Positions 1-7,755 of a DNA stretch of 25,811 bases are shown piece by piece. A model generated the notes under the pieces. The model was not told where the DNA came from and made no database searches. It saw only the letters and a list, made by a program, of their open reading frames with translations. The stretch spans positions 1 through 25,811 of IMG/VR virus record IMGVR_UViG_3300025838_000117; one strand, 5' to 3'. A program made the position numbers and the translations under genes. This DNA is from a virus (Duplodnaviria; Caudoviricetes). The first letter of the stretch is position 1. Each line of letters begins with the position of its first letter.

Positions 1-535
1 GGTGAGTGATCCTAAGAATCCTGAGAATGAGGGTAAGGTATTCTTGTTCAAGTATGGCAAGAAAATCTTTGATAAGATCACAAAGATGATGAACCCAGAC
101 CTTGAGTCCGAGGGTAAGGTCAATCCTTTTGATCTTTGGCAAGGTGCCCATTTCAAGTTGAAGGTAACCCGTCAGAATGTTAATATGGGTGGTCGTAACG
201 TATCATTCCCTAACTATGATGAGTCCGTGTTCCTCGCACCAGGTCCGCTATCAAAGGACGATGATGAGATGGAAGCAATTTGGAAGCGGGAACATTCTCT
301 CAAGGAGATTGTTGATCGTAAGAACTTTAAGACCTATGCTGAACTTAAGGCACGCCTTGATGATGTTAATGGTTACACAGGTTCACAACCAGCACCACGG
401 GCGCCTGCGTCTGTAGAAGAGGAAGCACCTTGGGTAGAGACGCCTAAGCCAGTTGCCAAGAAGGCACCAGCACCAGTTGTGGAAGAGGAAGAGGATGAAG
501 ACCTCGCCATGTTTCGCAAGTTGGCTGAGGACTGA
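1..535 (+). CDS. gp32: Single-stranded DNA-binding protein (T4 gp32-like), 5'-truncated by the window edge
   Basis: DPKNPENEGKVFLFKYGKKIFDKI, NPFDLWQGAHFKLK, NYDESVF and FKTYAELKARL motifs, plus an acidic C-terminal tail (EEEEDEDLAMFRKLAED). The GTG at position 2 is probably internal. Confidence 0.95.
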   Translation, partial: VSDPKNPENEGKVFLFKYGKKIFDKITKMMNPDLESEGKVNPFDLWQGAHFKLKVTRQNVNMGGRNVSFPNYDESVFLAPGPLSKDDDEMEAIWKREHSLKEIVDRKNFKTYAELKARLDDVNGYTGSQPAPRAPASVEEEAPWVETPKPVAKKAPAPVVEEEEDEDLAMFRKLAED

Positions 536-558
536 GACTTTACAAGATAACTATTAAG

Positions 559-582
559 AAGGGGCCTACGGGCCCCTTTTTT
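559..582. terminator. Intrinsic terminator, probably bidirectional, between convergent genes
   Basis: AAGGGGCC-TACG-GGCCCCTT stem with a C(UACG)G tetraloop, followed by a T run on + and preceded by AAGAA. It lies between the gp32 stop (535) and the stop of the minus-strand ORF (581). Confidence 0.9.
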
Positions 583-3487
583 ATTGTTTATTACCTAACG
601 TGAAATCGTTACCCGTATCTCTTGTAGCACCTTCATTAAAGTATGCTCTACCAATGGCACGTTCTAAAGTCGGACTCTTAAATGGATCTATAGCAATTGA
701 TGGTAATTGGTTCATCATACTCTGATGTTGAATATCAGGTTTTTCCTGGGTCACAGGTTTCTGTGGTGGTGTGGACTTAGTATTATCATATGCATTACCT
801 TTACTAACTTCTTCTCTCAAGGCACCCAATTCCGCTTCTGTAGCATTAGGTGCAGGACCAATACTTTCAGGTTTTGTCCTAATAACAGGTTCCGCCTCTG
901 CTTTTGGCGGCACTATACCAAGATTTCCAAGTGCCGATTTTATTTTATCAGAATATGATGCGGGTTTAGGTTCAGCAGTAGCAGTCTCAACAGCAAATTT
1001 ATCTGATGGTCCTGGTGCTGTACCACCTTGCTTAGATGCTACCCTAGTTTGTGCTTGTTGATATTGATTGTGATAAGCGAGGGTGTCCGCCATTTCATTT
1101 CTGAAACGCCGTGACTGAGAAGGAATAGCCTGACTTCTTTCATGAAATAATGCCTTGATCATTTCTTCATCACCTTGGGCACCGGATTCTACGGCTCTAT
1201 CAATAAATTTATAAGATGTGTTTCTGCTCTGAACACCCATACTATGTATTGCTTCTTTAATAGCAGGATTACTTATGTTTATACCTTTATTTTGAGCATA
1301 CTTAACAAAAGGATCATAGTGTGTGCTATCAATAAAGGCCTGTTGTGCTTTTGCAAATCCTTCTTTATCTTGTGCCACAACTTGGTTATAGACATCAGTA
1401 AATTCTTTTGTACCTGGATTTAAACCTTTAAATGAATCCGCATATTGTTTACCGTAATTGGAACGTAAAAATTCACCCATCGTTCCACCTGTTTGCTTTC
1501 TTGCACCTGGTGTTCTTGAAGAAAGTTGGTGGGCACCATAAGATACACCGCCTGGATCTGCTACCTGTCTTTTACCTTTTCTCAACATACCTGATGAAAC
1601 TGTTTCAATACCACCTTTTGCACCTTCATATTTGGCACCAATATGTCCTAACGGTCTAATGTCCATCATACCTGTATTAGGATTAATCGACATCGTTTCT
1701 TTCTCAGGATTGACAGTAAACTGGTCACCTTTGGAGTCGGTTACAAGGGCAGTATCACCTTTATGTGGTTTGCGTAGGCGAGTCATATGAGCATGACCAT
1801 GTATCTTATGTCTACCACCACCTGCGTGTGCAGGAGTGTTAGCAGGAATTTCAGTTAATATTTTGCTGGTATCCATTCCCAACATTTCTTGGAACTTTTT
1901 ATAGTTGCCGATTTTGGCCTGTCCTGTTTGAGCATCATAAGAAGAATTGGTTTCTTTCATAAGTTTTGCTGTATCACCGTGCTTCCAAAATCCATCCCAG
2001 ATAGTATCATCAGGTACGGCACCAGCAAACATACCAGCTTCTTCCTTAAACTGAGGCGTTTGTCTTATGGCACCAATCAATGCTTCTCTATTGACATTAA
2101 AGGTTTTAGAACCTTCTGCTTGTTTCTCTGGTTTATTAACGGTAGCAGTAGAAGTAGGTGTCTTTGCCTGTTCTTGAGATTGCTCAAAATCAAGTTGTTG
2201 TTCTGGTATATCCGGAGCATAAGATGGCGGTGGAGGTACAGTAGGAACACCAGTTGTTGGTTGAGTTGTTACTTGTGTCTTTGCCTGTTCTTGTTGAGGT
2301 TGACCTCCGGAAACTGGTGATACCTCTGCACTTGGCTGAATAACACCATTGGCCGATAATTTATCCAATCCTGCTTGGTTTGGTTCATGTATAACAAAGT
2401 TATCATAACCATTGGATAGAAAATGTGATTGAACGGTATCAGATGCCCATTGGTTAGGACCTACCTTAATTTGAGCATGTCCTTGTCCTCTACCGCCTCC
2501 AGTGGATGATATAACTGTACCAATTGGCAAACTGGCGAGATAGTCGTTTGTCAAATAATCTTTACCAATACCTCTACCTGTTTTAAACAGGCCTGAGTTT
2601 TGGAAATAGTTATTACCTCTTGATAAAGAACCTGCGGTGCCGTCACCACCTATACCATTATTAATAAATGCAGAATGACCATACATATGGCCTGCCATAA
2701 CTCTGGCGCCTTTGCCACACATGTGAGTATAGTTGTCAACGCCTTGAGATAAAGCAAATTTAGAAAAGTCTGGTGAAGAACCTGGTGAACCTGGTGTACC
2801 GCCGCCTGGAGACGAAGGTGTTGTAGGAACATTGAATTGTGATATCTCTCCTCTTCCAACCGCAGACCTTAATTGTGCGTTCCAACTTGTCCAATTTTGT
2901 TGACCTGATTGGCGTAACAATGCTAACGCAACTCTTGTTTGTTCTTCTTTCGTTGCCTCCATAGCACTTGTTGCGGTAATACCTAGCTTAGGTGCAATAT
3001 TTCTCCAATTGGTATTAGTTAGCTGGAAGTATCCTTGTGCAGTATGTGTTTTATCATTAATATAATTAGGAATATTTCTGTTTCCAGATTCATATTTCAG
3101 AACCAGACCTAAAAAGTTTCGTTCTGATGCTGTCATGTTATCTACATTTGGAACACCGGATCCTGAAGTGGCGGCGCCTTTGCCAGTACCACCTTCTCTT
3201 GCTATTCTTTCTCTAGCACCAGGGCTGGATGTTCCTAATTTCTGATCAATGTCATCATAATACTTTTGTGTTTCTGCTTGTGTTCTTTTGGTTATAGCCT
3301 TTTGGAATCCACTAACATCAGGTAATCCTCTTCTGAAGTAATCAGGAAAAAGTTCTGCATATTGAGTAGGAGTAAGCAAAGATAATAGACGACTACCATA
3401 CTCAGGATTTGCTGCTTCACGCATCCTTTGTTGTGTGGTGAGTTTTTTAAGTTTCTTAGTAAGTTCTTTTGACTTTTTGGTGGCCAT
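581..3487 (-). CDS. 968-aa tail-associated protein in the tape-measure position, with three predicted peptidoglycan-hydrolase domains (Rpf/transglycosylase-like, Cys-His amidase-like, VgrG3-C-like muramidase)
   Basis: aa ~120-210: KYESGN...GYFQLTNTNW...A.KEEQTRVA..L..SG..NW. aa ~250-370: HMCGKGAR...GHAQI...WASD. aa ~613-805: LGHIGAKYEG...DPGGVSYGAHQLSS...THYDP...RFRNE. Domains are joined by Pro/Gln/Gly-rich linkers. Last gene of the gp48-54-26-51 operon. Confidence 0.75.
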   Translation of the reverse strand: MATKKSKELTKKLKKLTTQQRMREAANPEYGSRLLSLLTPTQYAELFPDYFRRGLPDVSGFQKAITKRTQAETQKYYDDIDQKLGTSSPGARERIAREGGTGKGAATSGSGVPNVDNMTASERNFLGLVLKYESGNRNIPNYINDKTHTAQGYFQLTNTNWRNIAPKLGITATSAMEATKEEQTRVALALLRQSGQQNWTSWNAQLRSAVGRGEISQFNVPTTPSSPGGGTPGSPGSSPDFSKFALSQGVDNYTHMCGKGARVMAGHMYGHSAFINNGIGGDGTAGSLSRGNNYFQNSGLFKTGRGIGKDYLTNDYLASLPIGTVISSTGGGRGQGHAQIKVGPNQWASDTVQSHFLSNGYDNFVIHEPNQAGLDKLSANGVIQPSAEVSPVSGGQPQQEQAKTQVTTQPTTGVPTVPPPPSYAPDIPEQQLDFEQSQEQAKTPTSTATVNKPEKQAEGSKTFNVNREALIGAIRQTPQFKEEAGMFAGAVPDDTIWDGFWKHGDTAKLMKETNSSYDAQTGQAKIGNYKKFQEMLGMDTSKILTEIPANTPAHAGGGRHKIHGHAHMTRLRKPHKGDTALVTDSKGDQFTVNPEKETMSINPNTGMMDIRPLGHIGAKYEGAKGGIETVSSGMLRKGKRQVADPGGVSYGAHQLSSRTPGARKQTGGTMGEFLRSNYGKQYADSFKGLNPGTKEFTDVYNQVVAQDKEGFAKAQQAFIDSTHYDPFVKYAQNKGINISNPAIKEAIHSMGVQSRNTSYKFIDRAVESGAQGDEEMIKALFHERSQAIPSQSRRFRNEMADTLAYHNQYQQAQTRVASKQGGTAPGPSDKFAVETATAEPKPASYSDKIKSALGNLGIVPPKAEAEPVIRTKPESIGPAPNATEAELGALREEVSKGNAYDNTKSTPPQKPVTQEKPDIQHQSMMNQLPSIAIDPFKSPTLERAIGRAYFNEGATRDTGNDFTLGNKQ

Positions 3488-3699
3488 TACATCTTAACTC
3501 TTTTGTTTAATCTGCCTCTTTGCTCGTTTCTCAAGTCTCTTATTCTTTCTTCTTCGGCCTTAATATGTGCCTTTAGTAGATCAACATATATTAGTTTTTC
3601 CCAAGGCATCATCTTTTCAATTTCTGTTATCGACCACTTGTGATGATGCATCAAAGCAAAGTTAGATTTATAATGGTTCTCTAGTGTATCATGGCCCAT
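3487..3699 (-). CDS. gp51: gp51-like baseplate hub assembly protein; possibly the frameshifted C-terminal extension of gp26
   Basis: LENHYKSNFALMHHHKWSITEIEKMMPWEKLIYVDLL matches the small ORF annotated gp51 in non-T-even T4-like phages. No Shine-Dalgarno upstream. Its stop overlaps the next start (TAATG). Confidence 0.8.
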   Translation of the reverse strand: MGHDTLENHYKSNFALMHHHKWSITEIEKMMPWEKLIYVDLLKAHIKAEEERIRDLRNEQRGRLNKRVKM

Positions 3700-3701
3700 T
3701 A

Positions 3702-4421
3702 TTAGAAAAAAAAATCATAGAAATCTGAATACCTCACCTTATGTTCAAAACCACATTTGGTACATTTGGCTTCCAATCTAACAACAAATGTTGGTGCATT
3801 ATCCACAAACTCTTCCAATTTCTTATAGTTTTTCTCGGTTAAACTTTCAACAAACTCAATCAACTCTTCTTTAGTGGATTCTTTTGCTGAATGTTTTCCT
3901 TTTTCGTCCCAGATATAATCAATAGCATTTGCAATAATATGTGTCTTGGCATCCATTTCACTTTCTTCCAACTTTTTCATTGCTGCATAGTTTGGATATT
4001 TCAGTTTAACACCAGCAACATCTGATAATGCTATCTCGTCTTTGATACCTTCTGGTCTTTCAATCTCAATGTTACTTACATCCATTTTGCTAGGAAATAC
4101 ATTACCACAAATCACACCTTCAACCTCATTATTGCAAGTTAGATTGACCTCCACATTCTCACCAATAGACTTTGCTCTGAGAAAGATAAACAGGTAATCA
4201 ATATCAAAAAACGGTAGTCTATCAACATTGACCTCACCGGTGATTATGCAGTTATTAATAACCTGCTTAACTGTTCTTGTCACATCGTCCATATTTTTGG
4301 TCTCTAATGCCATTAACAATAACTTTTCCTCTTTTACCGAGAATGGTCTGACAGTTAAACTTTTACCATCAGACGGTAGTTCTATATTATAAGTCGGTAA
4401 ATCAATCTTTGGTAATGCCAT
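3702..4421 (-). CDS. gp26: gp26-like baseplate hub subunit / tail assembly chaperone
   Basis: MALPKIDLPTY.IELPS, RPFSVKEEKLLLMA, DIDYLFIFLRAKSIGE, Cys pairs (C..C and CTKC), C-terminal DFFF. GGAG SD upstream. Confidence 0.9.
   Translation of the reverse strand: MALPKIDLPTYNIELPSDGKSLTVRPFSVKEEKLLLMALETKNMDDVTRTVKQVINNCIITGEVNVDRLPFFDIDYLFIFLRAKSIGENVEVNLTCNNEVEGVICGNVFPSKMDVSNIEIERPEGIKDEIALSDVAGVKLKYPNYAAMKKLEESEMDAKTHIIANAIDYIWDEKGKHSAKESTKEELIEFVESLTEKNYKKLEEFVDNAPTFVVRLEAKCTKCGFEHKVRYSDFYDFFF
3705..3714 (-). other. Candidate -1 frameshift / slippage site (GAT TTT TTT TTC TAA; nine consecutive T)
   Basis: A9 at 3706-3714 on +. The -1 frame reads TTT CTA ATA ATG GGC CAT straight into the gp51 ORF. 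Confidence 0.65.
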
Positions 4422-4436
4422 AATATATCTCCATTA

Positions 4437-5147
4437 TTATTTTGAGGTAATTGATGTTAGTATCTGTGCTGCTGGTGAAAGGGCCGTTTGTGCAGGTTGT
4501 GCCACATAGCTGTTAATATAAGTATTATTACCAGGACGGTCCCAATACTTGTATGTTAAGGATACCTGTAATCTAAGTATGTCCGAATTATCTGCCCATG
4601 TAACTTGCTGAGGTGCTACAAAAGATGGCCAGCATTTATACAGTTTGTAATTATAGATAACCTGTGGATATGATGATATCGAGGAATCTCGACCTACACC
4701 ATATTCAGAAAACTGGAAAATTTCAACATCACAGTAATAGTTATCTGGATAGTTAAAGTTAAACTGGTTGCTTGGATTGATTATCTCTTGCCAGTCATCA
4801 AAGAACTGTCTTTCAAGACTGTTGTTGTTACATATTAATGAAAGATTACATGGCCCATATTTAACATTGTTTGGCAACTCTTGAGTAGGTCCATAATATC
4901 TGATCTGGTTAACATCAAATGAACGGCCAGGAAATTCTACAGCATCACAGACATACATAAAGTCACCGATGCTCTGAGAATAATCAAGAATACTTAAATA
5001 ATTAGTACCGGCGGCCGGTGTTCTTATCATTATTCTGACCGCAAATCGGCAACCTTTGGCTGGACCACCAAAAGCATTTACTTTGGCGGCAAATTTGGGT
5101 ATATCAAAGTCTAAGGGGTAATTTGTTACCTGTGTGCGTGGAGCCAT
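4437..5147 (-). CDS. gp54: Tail-tube-fold baseplate protein (gp54-like tail tube initiator)
   Basis: CDAVEFPGRSF...RYYGP...ERQFFDDWQEII...YKLYKCWP...LQVSLTYKYW, a gp19/gp54-family pattern. Adjacent to gp48. Confidence 0.75.
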   Translation of the reverse strand: MAPRTQVTNYPLDFDIPKFAAKVNAFGGPAKGCRFAVRIMIRTPAAGTNYLSILDYSQSIGDFMYVCDAVEFPGRSFDVNQIRYYGPTQELPNNVKYGPCNLSLICNNNSLERQFFDDWQEIINPSNQFNFNYPDNYYCDVEIFQFSEYGVGRDSSISSYPQVIYNYKLYKCWPSFVAPQQVTWADNSDILRLQVSLTYKYWDRPGNNTYINSYVAQPAQTALSPAAQILTSITSK

Positions 5148-5149
5148 TA

Positions 5150-5869
5150 TTAGTATCCGTTTTTGATATATGATTTGTCGATGATCTTTGTTTCCAGGAA
5201 TGTAAATGTTAGCATTGCTGACACTGGTGATCCGTCATAGAAGGTACTCCATTCACCTTGAGGTGAATAGTCAATATCTATTCTCTTGATAACACCTCTT
5301 GCTATTTTTGGAATACTTGTGTTTTCTTTAAGAACACCATTAGCATCCATAAAATAAAATCTGATATCAAACTCATTTGGTGATTGATAAAAAAGACCGT
5401 CTGAATTAGGTCCTAAATCTGAAGCGGCATTCCATCTAAGTTGCTGCAACATGTTCTTCATCATGGTGGACTCATCAGATGATTGTGGAGCCATCATTAA
5501 CACAAACTGGTATTCTCTGAGATTGGTGTTTCGGAAAAGAACATCGACCTGAGGATTAATAGGTGTTCCTAACATTGTGGCAGCACCAGCCATCAAATCG
5601 CCAATAACACCCAGAGATTGTGTAATTAGACGAGCCAGTTTAACATCGGTATATTCATGTTGATGTGACCAGGTCATTGACTGGCCACCTACTTGGCCGC
5701 CAGGTATGAAGAAAGCAAACTGATCTTGAATGCCTGTAACAGCACTTGCACCTGTAAGAGCATTAACGGCAGTTTTTGCCGTTGTAGTTTTTGCATATGA
5801 ATTAAGAAGCATATAGTGACCTTGTTGTTGGTCACCACCCATTTGAGTTGGGAATGAATAGATTGCCAT
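5150..5869 (-). CDS. gp48: Baseplate tail tube cap (gp48-like); start revised to the ATG at 5869
   Basis: INPQVDVLFRNTNLREYQFVLMMAPQSSDES, PNEFDIRF, IDIDYSPQG, LTFTFLETKIIDK motifs. A GGAGG SD precedes Met23 of the track ORF, and this start removes the overlap with gp4. Confidence 0.85.
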   Translation of the reverse strand: MAIYSFPTQMGGDQQQGHYMLLNSYAKTTTAKTAVNALTGASAVTGIQDQFAFFIPGGQVGGQSMTWSHQHEYTDVKLARLITQSLGVIGDLMAGAATMLGTPINPQVDVLFRNTNLREYQFVLMMAPQSSDESTMMKNMLQQLRWNAASDLGPNSDGLFYQSPNEFDIRFYFMDANGVLKENTSIPKIARGVIKRIDIDYSPQGEWSTFYDGSPVSAMLTFTFLETKIIDKSYIKNGY

Positions 5870-5894
5870 CAGGTCCTCCGGTGATGCTACATAA

Positions 5895-5902
5895 TATTTA
5901 GT
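5895..5902 (-). promoter_or_regulatory. T4-type late promoter variant (ACTAAATA) for the gp48 operon
   Basis: Resembles the TATAAATA gp55-dependent late promoter. Lies about 25 nt upstream of the gp48 start. The same octamer recurs at 11793. Confidence 0.65.
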
Positions 5903-5914
5903 AGGAGTGTAGGA

Positions 5915-6364
5915 ATGGCAACGAACTTTAAGCAAGGTTTTTTTAAACCAAGAAACCCGTCAAAGTATATTGGTGACCCAACCAACATTGTTTTCCGTTC
6001 TGGTTGGGAAAAGAAAGTAATGGAATGGGCAGATAACAACTCTTCCGTAGTTCGTTGGGGATCGGAAGAGGTTGTTATTCCTTATATATCACCTATAGAT
6101 AACCGACCACACCGATACTTTGTTGACTTCTATGTGGAGGCGGTTGGGAGTGACGGTGGTAAAAAGATCATGCTCTTAGAGGTCAAACCTGCTGGACAGA
6201 CCCAAGCACCTCAGGTACAAAAAAGAAAGACTAAACGGTATATAACCGAAGTGATGACATACGGAATTAATCAGGCCAAATGGAAAGCTGCCGAAGATTA
6301 TTGCCGTGATAAAGGTTGGGAGTTCAGATTAGTTACGGAATCGGATCTTTTTGGTAAAAAATGA
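5915..6364 (+). CDS. gp4: Head completion nuclease (gp4-like, TnsA-type fold)
   Basis: GFFKPRNPSKYIGDPTNIVFRSGWE, WGSEEVVIPYISP.D.R.HRYFVDF, EVKP, NQAKWKAA. Confidence 0.93.
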   Translation: MATNFKQGFFKPRNPSKYIGDPTNIVFRSGWEKKVMEWADNNSSVVRWGSEEVVIPYISPIDNRPHRYFVDFYVEAVGSDGGKKIMLLEVKPAGQTQAPQVQKRKTKRYITEVMTYGINQAKWKAAEDYCRDKGWEFRLVTESDLFGKK

Positions 6365-6372
6365 GATAAATA
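6365..6372 (+). promoter_or_regulatory. Putative late promoter (GATAAATA)
   Basis: NATAAATA in the 12-nt gap between gp4 and gp2, ending 4 nt before the gp2 ATG. Confidence 0.5.
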
Positions 6373-6376
6373 ATAG

Positions 6377-6904
6377 ATGGCAAAAGATTATTCAAAAGAA
6401 GAATTGGCCGAATGGTTTAAAGAGAAAGCATTAAATGCCTCAGGTCCTGCGGCTCGTAAGGTTTTGTTTGGTGCCAATAATAGACTATCGGATGACACTT
6501 TTGTTGGTAAGTTATATGTTTATAAGTATGATGCCAAGACGAAGGCCACATTAAATATGTGGGACAAATATCCACTGTGTATGGTATTAGAGAAAACTAA
6601 AGACGGTTTTCTTGGTCTCAATTTACATTATTTACCATCCGGTAGTCGTATGACCTTTTTAAATGCCTTTGATAAATATGCCAGAGATTATAAATTAACA
6701 ACAGGTGTAAATAGTGGTAAAGGTGTATCTAACTGGGAACTGTTAATAAGATCATTCAATACTTTTGGTTTAGCACCTCTTCCTAGAGCCTGCTTAAAAA
6801 GATATCTCTTTACTCATATTAGATCCAGATTTGTAGAAATTTACCCAGAAGAGTTTGATAAGGCAGTTCAACTGCCTATTGACCTTTGGGAGTATAAAAG
6901 GTAA
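6377..6904 (+). CDS. gp2: DNA end protector protein (gp2-like)
   Basis: GKLYVYKYDAKTK..L..WDKYPL, GFLGLNLHYLP, CLKRYL, AVQLP motifs. Adjacent to gp4. Confidence 0.9.
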   Translation: MAKDYSKEELAEWFKEKALNASGPAARKVLFGANNRLSDDTFVGKLYVYKYDAKTKATLNMWDKYPLCMVLEKTKDGFLGLNLHYLPSGSRMTFLNAFDKYARDYKLTTGVNSGKGVSNWELLIRSFNTFGLAPLPRACLKRYLFTHIRSRFVEIYPEEFDKAVQLPIDLWEYKR

Positions 6905-6909
6905 ATTAG

Positions 6910-7752
6910 ATGCCAACATTTTCATCGTTTTTCGATTTATTTCCGAAGATTAACTATGATGTTAAAAGAATAAACGGTTCACATCCTGAAACCGTTCCGA
7001 ACATATTCTTTCGTATAGGTTACGTTAAAAAAATTATTAATGAAATAGATTCCTATGACATATATCGTTTAGAAGAAGGTGACACACCGGAGATTGTTGC
7101 TGAAAAGATTTATAACGATCCTATTGCTGGTTGGATGATCATCTATGCCAACAAGATTTTTGATCCTCAGTTTGACTGGCCTTTAAACGACAGTGAGTTT
7201 GAAGCATATATTATTGGAAAGTATGGTTCGGTAGAATATGCTCAATCAAACATACATCATGCCGAAAAGACTTTAAGAATAGATAATCTGACCGATGGAA
7301 CATCGTTTACCACAAACACTGAAATTTCATTATTGAGATATACAAATAATATGCCAGATGGAGTTCATTTTGATTATTGGGCATGGAACCAAATACCAAC
7401 TCTCGGAGAATATCAACCAGGAACGCAACAGTTGAGTGCCGATAGTATTGATAAAAAGGCAGATGATAAAGAAGGTACCGTTACGGTTGACTCTGATAAT
7501 ATATTGAATGATGGTGGACTTGGAATTACATCATATCAAAGACAGTATAATATCGACCAAGATTATTATGTTGAGACTACGAGTGCAAAACTAGTTAGTA
7601 TATATGATTATGAATTTCAAATCAATGATCAGAAAAAGTTTATCAAGGTTGTTAAATCAATATATTATAATCAGTTAATGAATGAATTTAAAAACTTAAC
7701 GGGTCACAATTCTGTTCAATACACCAATTATTTAACTCCTGGAGTCTTTTAA
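6910..7752 (+). CDS. gp53: Baseplate wedge subunit (gp53-like, LysM-type)
   Basis: FFDLFPKINY, EGDTPEIVAEKIY, WMIIYANKIFDPQFDWPL, KYGS, VSIYDYEFQINDQKKFIKVVK. Confidence 0.9.
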   Translation: MPTFSSFFDLFPKINYDVKRINGSHPETVPNIFFRIGYVKKIINEIDSYDIYRLEEGDTPEIVAEKIYNDPIAGWMIIYANKIFDPQFDWPLNDSEFEAYIIGKYGSVEYAQSNIHHAEKTLRIDNLTDGTSFTTNTEISLLRYTNNMPDGVHFDYWAWNQIPTLGEYQPGTQQLSADSIDKKADDKEGTVTVDSDNILNDGGLGITSYQRQYNIDQDYYVETTSAKLVSIYDYEFQINDQKKFIKVVKSIYYNQLMNEFKNLTGHNSVQYTNYLTPGVF

Positions 7753-7755
7753 TAA

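Noticed and set aside
707-2859. Short alternative-frame and antisense ORFs inside the 968-aa gene
   Set aside because: Shadow ORFs with no SD or recognisable motifs, fully inside a well-supported gene.
5870-5935. N-terminal extension of the 261-aa minus-strand ORF overlapping gp4
   Set aside because: Met23 (5869) has a GGAGG SD and an upstream late promoter. The extension would overlap gp4 head-to-head.
5936-5947. T7 run in gp4 (GGT TTT TTT AAA) as a second frameshift site
   Set aside because: The -1 frame meets TAA immediately, so there is no downstream ORF to join.
5915-6364. TnsA-like nuclease as a sign of a Tn7-type transposon
   Set aside because: It is the core T4-like gp4 next to gp2. 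No transposon genes or ends are visible.
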